64,000 nucleotides of DNA from Opitutaceae bacterium (GCA_051252375.1 JBPOFY010000003.1:192001-256000), one strand, 5' to 3'. Positions 51,801 to 60,351 are shown, numbered from the stretch's first letter. Numbers and translations are program-made. Notes: generated by a model not told the origin, from the sequence alone.

Positions 51801-51940
51801 AAAACTGGGACCCTCTCGTGGATCAATACATCGCACCGATTGATCATGGTAACGGTGTGCAATCTGTCTTCTTCCGCGACTTTGTCGATTCGGACGAAAA
51901 CACCAAACGGTTCATCAAAATCGAAGTGATTGAAGAATAG
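45896..51940 (+). CDS. Giant secreted protein: Ig-like repeats, discoidin/F-lectin-like domain, 4 lamin-tail domains, chitobiase-C/Fn3-associated domains, CotH-kinase-like domain, C-terminal domain
   Basis: LTD starts PIISEFLASN, LVISEIHYN, VVFNEVLPH, VVVSEIHYS; IRYTVDGTEP and IYYTLNGSDP; CotH-like YINGNYWGQY. Likely start 45938. Confidence 0.85.
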   Translation: MVLVRHPIVKISPIMFSSKNKLKLGILLMSFFMYQAVFATTPPVISSFDADESVVSPGTDVTLTWVVSDADDLYLNGTLLEGVVGSSIDVSPLIATTYTLQAVNAFGSDSAALTVQVTNVPTAIGADVRFIEVVKNNTDDRLHLSEIEAFVFGATPNEADGDGTSSNNLVLTASPSTVIPPTSTGSDLNGVHTAVPADVYDGDLEAGADVWSTNDNLSSPGTYMLDLGATYTIDVVRLFGRADGSSRRGLEDFTVNVYADDGSGNPGALVNSDSYPGTAPRGDQGNAEFSFAFLEPGITSFTVSKTTIAAGEDITFSWTVSTSATDVYIDNGVGDVLPLTDAQGEGDTTLSPGPSVDTTYLLVTEYPNGTSVASITVHVTDQPLIHGFGGDAGIVAPGTAVQLSWDVVSATSVSLNGVDVSGVSSMTVNPTITTSYELVATNANGTTSEEVIVLVVNSGEPIISEFLASNGDGLIDEDVETSDWIEIYNSTTSSLNLNGYYLSDDPLLLTKWAFPSVSLAPGEYLVVFASSKDRSVAGSELHTNFNLSTGGDYLALVKPNGTTILSEFQPTYPDQKTDISYGFDEAALKFGYFQSPTPGAANSESASGFVADTSFSLDRGFYDAPIAVAITSLTPGAEIRYTVDGTEPTAVTGQSYVNPLVISETTVLRAVALKSGMIPTNVDTQTYIFTADVVTQPNMDTAITQDPTYGPQMEDALKAVPTVSLVFEGDIERTEKAISIEFINFEAGSTQVGVGMERFGNYATDFSKRSMRMTFRNQYGPGKLDFPVFDGHDYAIPPAAQFDGLELRSGNHDMSMRGAYLSNRFTDDTMLDMGNISPHGRFVHVYINGNYWGQYHLRERWNASMLSEYFGGSKADYEAVNANNSGQNFDNNDGSVFDGSGVQWEAAKTVRDEIALGNQSFPDIVDLVDIPNLIDFVMLWVSGNSESEFRAAGGVPLGVPFKFFMKDADGFLRNSSRNVLEDGPLDLLTILRTDGDADYLTLAADRIHKHFFNDGALTPAKNIERLQNRVTEIQLSFLAESARWGERTPASWQAYQDDWIDNKFPALTATMIARFKAAGMYPSIDAPVFSQHGGDVTAGFQLTMTSGVPTIYYTLNGSDPRVSATVTGTTPPLTVVTENAAKSVYIPTTTTDGFTDGQGDVWTELDYDQSGWTSGSGGVGFEDSPGDAINYASLIGLDVGGTMSNQYASCLIRIPFNLSAGSLSGRQVAELRVRYDDGYVAYLNGVEVARKNFTGTPDGLSTADDHNSDASAVNLEVVDISAHMNLFIEGGSNILSIHGMNRTAGSSDFVISADLVVGESGATGTSGAISSSAIAYSGPVQINESTLVRARVFDGSNWSALNEAFFTVNAQEPSVGDLVISEIHYNGYETGDVEFIEFYNNAAYNLIMDGVQITNGVTFLFPNNVELKVGERLVVVSDLNAFIDRYQDVASPWYHSDIQVVGVYNGSLSGSGEGVTVEDAYSVELLDFAYNDSGSWPGRPDGFGSSLELISPSAAPVTKLELDAYLDDGDSWRASREFHGSPGWEGLGPDNRVVFNEVLPHTDLPLKDSFELYNTTGSSINISGWLISDNTSTYAKFQIPNGTNIAAGGFLVYDEDDFNSGSNLIDFALNSSLGDDLYLLETDSEDNPISFVDHVRFDPSKNGESFGRWLDGDGQLYPMINRTLGQLNTSAGNGIRVGPVVVSEIHYSPLDLNQPLEFIEIFNAGTVSQSLANWRLRGEADFDFASESLAPGAVLVITSFDPITDTVSLNQFLAEYPGVSSSQLRGPWSAGATNRLNNGGAAVKLQRPDTLQVPPVGDPFYPMLIEDTVNYDNRAPWPASADGTGPSLERKQTDVYGDLASNWQANATPSPGTHNLHVFSDYETWAAANALGAGPLALRTGDIDYDGSLNLVEFALVKNPWDNTDGQPFDYGFKQLTVGLETAQYLTVDFQYRLGAGLTVGAFVSSDLENWDPLVDQYIAPIDHGNGVQSVFFRDFVDSDENTKRFIKIEVIEE

Positions 51941-51998
51941 GGACCTGATACGTTCAGATGGGAGCGGGGGAATGCCTTGGTGACTTGAGTTTTTTGAG

Positions 51999-52013
51999 TT
52001 AACATGGTAACTT
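51999..52013. promoter_or_regulatory. Candidate operator TTAACATGGTAACTT, copy 2
   Basis: Identical to 45631-45645. Confidence 0.6.
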
Positions 52014-52118
52014 GCAAAGCTGTTTATACTGTGACATGCCATCATAGTTTAATTCTCTACCAGAATCCCCTCATACGACTCGTAGTTTATACCCTATTGA
52101 AGAGTCAGTGCCTGTTTT

Positions 52119-55100
52119 ATGATCCAGCCCCTAAGTTTTTCTTGTCTCCGCAGCAGTGGTGATACCTCACTGACTACTACTGTATCTTTATGGATGAAGT
52201 CTCTGTGCCTCGTCGCTCTGACGGCTAGCATGGCTTCGGCCGCGACGGTCGTCGTTGAGCCGCTAGGTGCCTGCAGCCGTAAAACCGGCTTCGTGATTAC
52301 GGAGATCATGTATGATCCATTGGGAGCTAATACCCTCGAATTTATCGAGATCTACAACTCCAATCCTTTTGAAGAAGAGATCGGTGATTATCGTCTCTCA
52401 GGTGAAGTCGATTTCACCTTTCCCGCAGGCACGATTCTGGATGGTGAATCTTATCTTATTGTCGCCAAGGATGTCACTGCCTTTCAGGCGGAATATAGCT
52501 TGCCGGTGGGTGTGCAGCTTTTTGAATATGGGGAATTGGACGGAAGCAACTCACTCAGTAGTTCTGGCACCCTCCGATTGGTCAACAGCAGTAATGGCCG
52601 TATCTTGGAGATCGACTATGACAACGATGCACCTTGGCCGGTGGCTGCCGATGGAGCCGGGCACTCGCTTGTATTGGCGCGCCCTTCTTACGGTGAAAAC
52701 GATCCTCAGTCTTGGGAAGCCAGCGATTTGGTGGGTGGCTCACCAGGCACGGGGGATACCTTTGGGGATGCGGCTTTGCGCAATGTCGTGATCAATGAGG
52801 TTCTGGCGCACACCGACGACCCTCAATTCGACACTATTGAGCTCTACAATCATTCCAACTCCAGCGTCGATATATCTGGATGCATACTTTCCGACGATGC
52901 AATCATCAACAAATTTACAATCCCTGCCAGCACCATACTTCCGGCGCGCGGCTATGTGATTTTCGATCAAAACCAGATGGGCTTCTCGCTCAACACCTCT
53001 GGTGAAACCATATACTTCCGTAACGCAGCAGGGACTCGTATGCTGGATGCGCTTAAATTTCGAGGTCAAGAAAATGGTATCTCGATCGGACGCTATCCAG
53101 ACGGCGGTCCAGAGTTTCACCGTATGGCCAGTCTCTCCCTAGGCAGTGCCAATGGCGCTCGTCGACTCGACGATGTGGTGATCAACGAAATCATGTATGA
53201 CCCGATTTCGGGGGAATCGGATGAGGAATTTATCGAACTTTATAATCGAAGTAACGGAACAGTCGATCTAAGTGGCTGGCGCCTTCGTGGTGGTATCAGC
53301 TATACCTTCCCGGACGGTGTGTCGATTTCATCAGGAGGTTATGTCGTGGTCGCACGAAATGCAGCACTGCTTCAAGCCAACTATGCGCAGTTAAATGCTT
53401 CAAATACCTTTGGTGATTTCAGTGGGGGATTGGGCAATGGTGGCGATAATGTGCGACTGGATAAGCCGGATACCGTGACAGATAATACCGATCCGCAAAA
53501 TCCGATCGTTTCCACCATTCACATTGTAGTGGATGACGTCACCTATCAAACCGGTGGACAGTGGCCGGTTTGGGCGAATGGTGGAGGTAGTAGTCTCGAG
53601 CGTGTAGATGCGCGTTCCAACCCACGTCGTCCGACCGCATGGGCGGATAGTGATGAAACCGGCAAAGCAACTTGGACGGATGTTTCTGTGACCGGACTGC
53701 TTGAGTTGGGGGGAGATTCTGCCGAACGGATTGAGGGTGGTCTACAAGGCGCAGGTGAGTGCTTGTTGGATAATGTAGAGGTGGTTTCTAGTAGCACCAA
53801 TTACGTCGACAATTCGACCTTTGACGGTGGCCTAAGCGATTGGGTTACACCTGGGGCGTATGTGCGTTCCTCGCTAAGCGGCAACGGATATAGTGGCTCT
53901 TGCCTGCATGTCCGTGGGAGCACTCGCTACGATAACGGCGCCAATCAAGTCAGTGGAAGCCTTTCCTCGACGATCGCTAATGGCAGTACCGCAACGATCA
54001 GTGCGAAAGCAAAATGGCAGAAGGGGTATCCATGGCTCTACCTACGCTTACACGGCAATTACCTTGAAGCGCCCGTTAAACTCGATGTGCCTGTAAATCT
54101 CGGCACGCCTGGCCAGGTAAACAGCCAAGCCGTCGCCAATAATGCACCTGCAATTGATGAGGTCATGCATTCCCCTGTAGTTCCAAGCGCAGGTCAAGCG
54201 GTTGTGGTGAGCGCACGTATCGAAGACCCGGATGGGGTTAATCTGCTTTCGTTATACTATCGGCTCGATCCTTCGACATCATACTCCACGGTGACAATGA
54301 ACGATAGTGGCAGTTCGGGCGATGTAATAGCAGGGGATGGTATCTATAGTGCAACAATCCCAGGACAGTCCTCGGGGGCGCTGGTCGCCTTTTTGATCGT
54401 AGCTTCGGATTCTGCTGGGTCGGTCTCCAGATTATTTCCCTCAAACACGCCGGACAATTCTGCTCGTATTAGGGAATGCCTCGTTGGCTTCGGCGATGAC
54501 ACTCGCTCCAGTAGTTTCGGCACTTATCGCATGTGGTTCACATCGGCCGCCATTACGGATTGGGAAACGCGTCTGGCTTTGAGTAACGAGCACATCGAGG
54601 GCACATTTGTCTATAACGACAATCGCGTGATCTACAACTTTGGCGCACACTATGCCGGAGGAACCTACAAGCAGGGCTATGGCTCACCTCTTAACGATTC
54701 GAATTACACCATGGACATGCCGTTGGACGACCAGTTGCTCGGCACAGATAATTTCAATAAATTACATGCCACGGGGCAGAACCCCTTCGATGATTCATTT
54801 ATGACTCGGGAGCAGGCGGTCTTCGAGGTTGCGCGGCAACTGAAGCAACCTTGGCTCTATCGCCGTTATGTGAACGTCTATATAAATGGCGTGGCTCGCA
54901 AGCAGGGCTGGTTGATGGAAGATACTCAAGTTCCAGGTAGCGAATTTATCGAGTCTTACTGGCCGAATGATGCCGACGGTGACCTTCATAAGATTTCCCA
55001 TTGGTTCGAATTTTCCGATGTGGCGACCACCACGACTGTAGAGCTCAACGACCGGCGTAAAGCTCAAGGCCAGCTTACCGCTCAATATAATGCCAATGGA

Positions 55101-58100
55101 GAGTTACATGTGCCGCGCTACCGCTGGAACTGGGCGCCGCGATCCTATGGTGAAAAAGGCAGTAATGACTTCACCTCGGTGTTTGAATTGATCGAGGCGG
55201 CGAACTCGGGAGCTGATATGACTGAGCAGATGCTTGCCGTGGCCGACATGGAAGAGTGGATGCGAGTTTGGGCTGCCCGACATGCATCGGGTGACGTGGA
55301 TAATTTCGGTCGTGATCTCGGGCAGAATTTTTACGCGTATAAACCGACAGAAGGGCGCTGGGCTTTGCTCATTTGGGATCCGGGGCACGTGTTCGGAAAT
55401 AATGCATCCTTCCTGCCAGGCCGAGGACTTTTCCCTGACCTTAAAGAGCCCAATGGTGGCGATAGCACCTGCAAAGCTGTCTTTGATAACCCCACATTCA
55501 GGCGGATGTATTTGCGCGCTTACAAGGAAATCGCCAATGGGGCTTTCAGCCCGTCGCATATGAACAACTGGCTTGAGGTGCGCTATGCTGCGTTTGTCGC
55601 AGATGGTGTCACTGCGGCAGACGATCCCGACACATCTTTTAGTCATGACGATAATAATCGGGGTGAGAACTATGATGGGTTAAATTCTCAGGGAGGAGCA
55701 CTCTCATTCACTGGCAGCTTGAAAGATTGGGTCGCAGACGCGCGTGCGGGTATTTTGACTCAAGTGGCCCAGCAAGATGTTGCTTCGTTTACTCTAACCA
55801 GTCCCACTTCGGTAACGAGCAGTGGTAATACCATTACCATCACTGGCAGTGCACCGGTTGAAATGGCTACCATGACATTCAACGGCGTGGAGTATCCGCT
55901 TACCTGGACTTCGACCACGGATTGGACGATCGATTTTGTCGTAAATGAATCACCCGTAACGATCGACCTTCAAGGCCTGGATGTTTATGGAGAAGCACTG
56001 AGTGGCATGTCCGCCACCGTAACGGTGACTGTGACAACTAGCCTAGATGCGCCCGAGGATTCTATCGTTATCAATGAGATACTCTACAATCCAACAGTCG
56101 CGGGTGATGAGTTTGTGGAACTGTATAACCGATCGACTACGACGGCCTTTGATTTGACTGGTTGGCGGGTAAATGGATTAGGGCATACATTCTCAGCCAC
56201 GATTATTGAGCCGGGCGGTATTCTGGTGATTGATAATTTTTCTGGTAAGCTCGATCTGGATGGCGAAACGCTGACGCTTTATCGTCCTGACGGCAGTGGT
56301 GGGGAAGTGGAAGTGGATCGTGTTTATTACCGAGTCGTAGATCCCTGGCCGACAACTCCTGCTGGTTCTTCATTACAACTCGCGGATTCTGCGCAAGATA
56401 ACAGACGTGTGGCTCTTTGGGCGGTCGCCGATGGCTTCGCCACACCGCCTGCTGGAGAAACCCTCGTTGATTGGGGCTCTACCTGGAAATACAATCAGAG
56501 TTCAGGAGGCTTAGACGGAACCGGATGGGAGACGGTCAGTTACGACGATACCGCGTGGTCGTCTGGGCCAGGTGCATTCGGTGAAGAAAGCGCAACGTTG
56601 CCACATTCGATTCAAACTACACTATCGGCTCCTGGGTCGGGAGGACCTATCACTACCTACTTCCGTAAGGAGATAAACTTTACAGGAGAGGCTGGCGCGT
56701 CGCTAGTGCTGACTACTATGGTAGACGATGGCTTGGTCGTATATGTTGACGGGGTGCCAATACACAGCTTAGGGCTAGCTGCGGGCACACCGACCTATAC
56801 GACTACGACGAATAGAACCATCGACAACGCTTACGAAGAATTGTCCCCCGAACTCGCGATAAGTCTGCAACCCGGAACTCATGTGATCGCAGTCGAGGTT
56901 CACCAGATCAACACTGGCAGCAGTGATCTTGTTTTTGATATGAAAGTGGAGACGGACTACTCGTCCCTATCTACGTCAGTTTCTACGCCAGGAATCGCTA
57001 ATAACGTCAGCTATCCGAATGCTGATATTCCGGCACTCTGGCTCAACGAAGTGATGCCGACTCCTGTCAGCGGATTGCCATGGGTCGAAATCCATAATTC
57101 TGGAAGCACGAGCCTTTCATTGGATGGTTATTCATTGAGTGACGATTATGGCAATCTGGATAAATGGCCAATTAGCAGCGGCATTACGATTCCTTCCGGA
57201 GGCTTTCAGCAGGTCCAATTGGGAGTCGGCACACTGACTAGCGGCAGTATCTCACTTTCTCGCGATGTCAGTGGTAGTCCTGAGTTAATTGATTATCTCA
57301 ATTATGGAACCGTGTCGGTTAATTGGAGTTACGGGAACTACCCAGATGGTGATCCGACTTCTCGCGAGGCCATGTATCAAGCTACTCCCGGCGCGGCCAA
57401 CTCCAATCAATCCGCTCCGTTGGATGCACGTATTAACGAATGGATGGCCGACAATAGCCTCACCTTAGCTGACTCAGTTGATGGTGACTTTGAAGATTGG
57501 TTTGAGATCTACAACCCCACTGGTTCACCAATTGATCTGGCAGGATTTTTCCTAACTGATGATTTGCTAGATCCTTATCAATTTGAAATTCCAAATAATG
57601 GGAAGTATGTGATTCCAGCTGGTGGTTATCTTATCGTCTGGGCAGATAATGAAGAAGTAGATAATGATGTCGATGCTACGGACTTGCACGTGAACTTCGC
57701 TTTATCGAAGTCCGGCGAAAGCATTGCTTTGGTCGCTTCAGATGGAAATATTATCAACTCGGTAACCTTTGGAGCGCAGGCGACCGATGTGAGCCAAGGA
57801 CGCATGTTTGATGGCGGTTCTGCAATCACCGTGATGACGCCATCCACGCCCGGAGCGTCAAATCAGGCGCTCAATACGGCACCGGTGCTGACAACGATTT
57901 CGGATGTCACACTCTATGCTGGTGAGACCATTGTTTTCTCGGCGCAGGCGACAGATGCTGAAAGTGCGTATCAAACGCTGACGTTCTCACTAGATTCGGG
58001 TGCACCTTCCGGAGCAACTGTCACTAGTAATGGCACCTTTTCATGGGCGTCGCCGCAAGGCGCTGCTGCGGGGCAATACTCTGCAACCATTCGCGTAACT

Positions 58101-58385
58101 GATAATGGTAGTCCAGTGTTGGATGATTCCGAAATGTTCACTCTTCATGTTGAGGCGATTCCACAAATTGATGGCGGGGTGACCATCTCAGGTGATTCGT
58201 TTGGCTTAGGTGTCGATAGCTTAATTGGTTATGACTATCAACTGCACTATAAGAATTCATTGATGGATGCGACATGGCTTCCTTCCGGAGCGGCAGTCGC
58301 TGGCACCGGAGGTCGACTCGAATGGACTGACTTGTTGGAGAATAGCCCAACACGGTTTTATAAGCTATTTATCACTCGGCAATAA
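52119..58385 (+). CDS. Giant secreted protein: 6 lamin-tail domains, CotH-kinase-like domain, cadherin/Ig-like domain, C-terminal domain
   Basis: LTD starts FVITEIMYD, VVINEVLAH, VVINEIMYD, IVINEILYN, LWLNEVMP, RINEWMAD; CotH-like GDVDNFG...QNFYAY...IWD; NTAPVL...VTDNGSP. Signal peptide from the ATG at 52194. Confidence 0.85.
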   Translation: MIQPLSFSCLRSSGDTSLTTTVSLWMKSLCLVALTASMASAATVVVEPLGACSRKTGFVITEIMYDPLGANTLEFIEIYNSNPFEEEIGDYRLSGEVDFTFPAGTILDGESYLIVAKDVTAFQAEYSLPVGVQLFEYGELDGSNSLSSSGTLRLVNSSNGRILEIDYDNDAPWPVAADGAGHSLVLARPSYGENDPQSWEASDLVGGSPGTGDTFGDAALRNVVINEVLAHTDDPQFDTIELYNHSNSSVDISGCILSDDAIINKFTIPASTILPARGYVIFDQNQMGFSLNTSGETIYFRNAAGTRMLDALKFRGQENGISIGRYPDGGPEFHRMASLSLGSANGARRLDDVVINEIMYDPISGESDEEFIELYNRSNGTVDLSGWRLRGGISYTFPDGVSISSGGYVVVARNAALLQANYAQLNASNTFGDFSGGLGNGGDNVRLDKPDTVTDNTDPQNPIVSTIHIVVDDVTYQTGGQWPVWANGGGSSLERVDARSNPRRPTAWADSDETGKATWTDVSVTGLLELGGDSAERIEGGLQGAGECLLDNVEVVSSSTNYVDNSTFDGGLSDWVTPGAYVRSSLSGNGYSGSCLHVRGSTRYDNGANQVSGSLSSTIANGSTATISAKAKWQKGYPWLYLRLHGNYLEAPVKLDVPVNLGTPGQVNSQAVANNAPAIDEVMHSPVVPSAGQAVVVSARIEDPDGVNLLSLYYRLDPSTSYSTVTMNDSGSSGDVIAGDGIYSATIPGQSSGALVAFLIVASDSAGSVSRLFPSNTPDNSARIRECLVGFGDDTRSSSFGTYRMWFTSAAITDWETRLALSNEHIEGTFVYNDNRVIYNFGAHYAGGTYKQGYGSPLNDSNYTMDMPLDDQLLGTDNFNKLHATGQNPFDDSFMTREQAVFEVARQLKQPWLYRRYVNVYINGVARKQGWLMEDTQVPGSEFIESYWPNDADGDLHKISHWFEFSDVATTTTVELNDRRKAQGQLTAQYNANGELHVPRYRWNWAPRSYGEKGSNDFTSVFELIEAANSGADMTEQMLAVADMEEWMRVWAARHASGDVDNFGRDLGQNFYAYKPTEGRWALLIWDPGHVFGNNASFLPGRGLFPDLKEPNGGDSTCKAVFDNPTFRRMYLRAYKEIANGAFSPSHMNNWLEVRYAAFVADGVTAADDPDTSFSHDDNNRGENYDGLNSQGGALSFTGSLKDWVADARAGILTQVAQQDVASFTLTSPTSVTSSGNTITITGSAPVEMATMTFNGVEYPLTWTSTTDWTIDFVVNESPVTIDLQGLDVYGEALSGMSATVTVTVTTSLDAPEDSIVINEILYNPTVAGDEFVELYNRSTTTAFDLTGWRVNGLGHTFSATIIEPGGILVIDNFSGKLDLDGETLTLYRPDGSGGEVEVDRVYYRVVDPWPTTPAGSSLQLADSAQDNRRVALWAVADGFATPPAGETLVDWGSTWKYNQSSGGLDGTGWETVSYDDTAWSSGPGAFGEESATLPHSIQTTLSAPGSGGPITTYFRKEINFTGEAGASLVLTTMVDDGLVVYVDGVPIHSLGLAAGTPTYTTTTNRTIDNAYEELSPELAISLQPGTHVIAVEVHQINTGSSDLVFDMKVETDYSSLSTSVSTPGIANNVSYPNADIPALWLNEVMPTPVSGLPWVEIHNSGSTSLSLDGYSLSDDYGNLDKWPISSGITIPSGGFQQVQLGVGTLTSGSISLSRDVSGSPELIDYLNYGTVSVNWSYGNYPDGDPTSREAMYQATPGAANSNQSAPLDARINEWMADNSLTLADSVDGDFEDWFEIYNPTGSPIDLAGFFLTDDLLDPYQFEIPNNGKYVIPAGGYLIVWADNEEVDNDVDATDLHVNFALSKSGESIALVASDGNIINSVTFGAQATDVSQGRMFDGGSAITVMTPSTPGASNQALNTAPVLTTISDVTLYAGETIVFSAQATDAESAYQTLTFSLDSGAPSGATVTSNGTFSWASPQGAAAGQYSATIRVTDNGSPVLDDSEMFTLHVEAIPQIDGGVTISGDSFGLGVDSLIGYDYQLHYKNSLMDATWLPSGAAVAGTGGRLEWTDLLENSPTRFYKLFITRQ

Positions 58386-58439
58386 TGGCGAGTTGATAGG
58401 CAGTATCAAAGATTGGTTCAAAAGAGGAATTTCAGATAA

Positions 58440-58534
58440 TGGAGGGAAACGCTCTGTCGTTTCCGCACGTATTAATTGCGCTAGGTAATTCCGAGCGCCC
58501 ATTACGAAAGGCAATGACGGAGCATTGCCCTCCA
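58440..58534. repeat. Inverted pair of GGAG-tagged REP-like hairpins
   Basis: TGGAGGGAAACG-CTCTGT-CGTTTCC and, on the reverse strand, TGGAGGGCAATG-CTCCGT-CATTGCC, between convergent genes. Confidence 0.65.
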
Positions 58535-58611
58535 ATTTTCCCAGAATCTAAGCGAGCCTGCCCAAATGACAGCCGGGGCGTTTGTTTGCCTCTGCTGTTC
58601 TCGTTTTCAGA

Positions 58612-60090
58612 TCAATACTCGACGGCGCCGAGGTCGGTCCGACTGGAATCAATTGCCTGCTTCAATATGTCGATGCCGCCATTATCTTTGATCGTGATGC
58701 CGCTATTGATACAGGGGGATCCAAATGTTGGTTGGTAGCCTTGAAGTGCGGACATCGTTTGTAAGTTGATCCCAGTTCCTGTCTGGCCCGGACGTATGAA
58801 TTCTGGATCAGCTATTAGCGGGCTGGTGTCGGAGGGGTGGGGCTCTATATTATAGTATAGGTTGTTTCGAAAGACTGTGTTGATGCCTTTAGCATTCTTG
58901 CCCCATTTGCTCGGTTCTTCGAAATAGAAAATATTGTTTTCGAATGTTGAATTTATGGGTGTGCGCCCTTCGGCGAATACGCGAACATCCAATCCTTTAC
59001 GGATATAGTGTGTATTGTTGTAGATGTGCACGCCCTCAACTCGTTTACTTGTTTCGAACCCGTAGAAATAAAGCCCTTCTTGCTCGTTCTCGCTAATGTT
59101 GTAGCGAATCACGTAGTTCCTTCCTTGTCTTTTCATGATGCCACAAAACCACAGGTTGTCGTGGCTGTAGTTGTATTGGATGTATGTGTTGACGCAGTTG
59201 TAGTCTGCATCGAATCCACCACGGTCAACCTCGCCTTCGCCGTCCTTATTTTCGTGATCACCCACATTGCCATAGGCTTCGTTATACTGGATCTTAATGC
59301 CATCGGTATTGAAGCAGAAAATGCTGTGCCCCGTGTCTCGCCGACTGCTGTTCGCCAGCACGTTGTATTCGTAAACTGCATCCTTACTCACTCGTGCGAT
59401 GATATTGTTACGCCCAGTGTAATCCACGGTGTTTCCAGCCACATACACTCTTGTCCACAGGTATTGAGTTTCCTCTCTGTCCGGCAGGATATTCACTTCG
59501 CCGCATGAGGAATCATTACCGATGCCTACACCACCGACATTCTCTACCCGATTGTTTGTGATTCTTAAGTCATCGAAGATCGTCTTCTTGAGTTTCTTCA
59601 CGTGGATGTGAATACCGCCACGTTTTTTTCCGGCGACCATTCCATTCACGTCGTGAATGTAGCAGCCATTAATATAAATCTGGCGATAGGTGCCTTCTTT
59701 GCCGGTGGCTAGCACATAGATCCCAAACAGCTCACCCTGATCTTCATCTGTGCCATTTGTGTTGGTGATTTCCAAGCCATGAACTTGCCAGTGGGAAACA
59801 TTTTTCAGTAACAAGCCGGCAATGTGTTCTCCCTTAGCATCTATGCGCGGCAATGCTCCTTCTCCATAGTGACTGATTCGAATCGGTGCCTCTTTTGTGC
59901 CGTCCCCTGTTGGTGCCAGCATTCCGGTAAACTGGCTTCCTCGTTTGAGGTAAATTACATCCCCAGGCTGCATCTCTATCTGATTCAGCCAATCGAACTT
60001 TACTTGAGTATCTACATAGTAATCTTTCGCAAAGCACGTGACAGCACCGAGCAAAAGCCAAACTGTAGGGAGGATAACTCTAAATTTCAT
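58612..60090 (-). CDS. Secreted right-handed parallel beta-helix (pectin-lyase fold) protein
   Basis: Signal peptide MKFRV...CFA; PGDVIYLKRGS, PIRISHYG; repeated IQYN/YNN/ENNIF motifs; C-terminal DLGAVEY. Confidence 0.8.
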   Translation of the reverse strand: MKFRVILPTVWLLLGAVTCFAKDYYVDTQVKFDWLNQIEMQPGDVIYLKRGSQFTGMLAPTGDGTKEAPIRISHYGEGALPRIDAKGEHIAGLLLKNVSHWQVHGLEITNTNGTDEDQGELFGIYVLATGKEGTYRQIYINGCYIHDVNGMVAGKKRGGIHIHVKKLKKTIFDDLRITNNRVENVGGVGIGNDSSCGEVNILPDREETQYLWTRVYVAGNTVDYTGRNNIIARVSKDAVYEYNVLANSSRRDTGHSIFCFNTDGIKIQYNEAYGNVGDHENKDGEGEVDRGGFDADYNCVNTYIQYNYSHDNLWFCGIMKRQGRNYVIRYNISENEQEGLYFYGFETSKRVEGVHIYNNTHYIRKGLDVRVFAEGRTPINSTFENNIFYFEEPSKWGKNAKGINTVFRNNLYYNIEPHPSDTSPLIADPEFIRPGQTGTGINLQTMSALQGYQPTFGSPCINSGITIKDNGGIDILKQAIDSSRTDLGAVEY

Positions 60091-60151
60091 AAATACAGGC
60101 ATCAGATGAAATCCAACATCCCAGTATAGCATTCTGCAATTAAGGTATTCA

Positions 60152-60222
60152 GGTAGGGTTCGATATCCTTATCGAACCGCCGATTCATAACTTCCGGCGC
60201 GTTATGGATAACGCGCCCTACC
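60152..60222. repeat. Inverted pair of GTAG-tagged REP-like hairpins (REPIN-like)
   Basis: GGTAGGGTTCGATA-TCCT-TATCGAACCGC (60152-60180) and reverse-strand GGTAGGGCGCGTTA-TCCA-TAACGCGCCGG (60194-60222). Confidence 0.8.
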
Positions 60223-60351
60223 ATCTCTGATAGGTCAACATTGTTGCAGGATGCTCGAGGCACAATATTTTCAATACTTTAGTCTCCACGTAGCTGGCAC
60301 TTCGGATCGGTCATTCAAAGGTATGGATGATTCATCCGTAAAAGGATGCAA

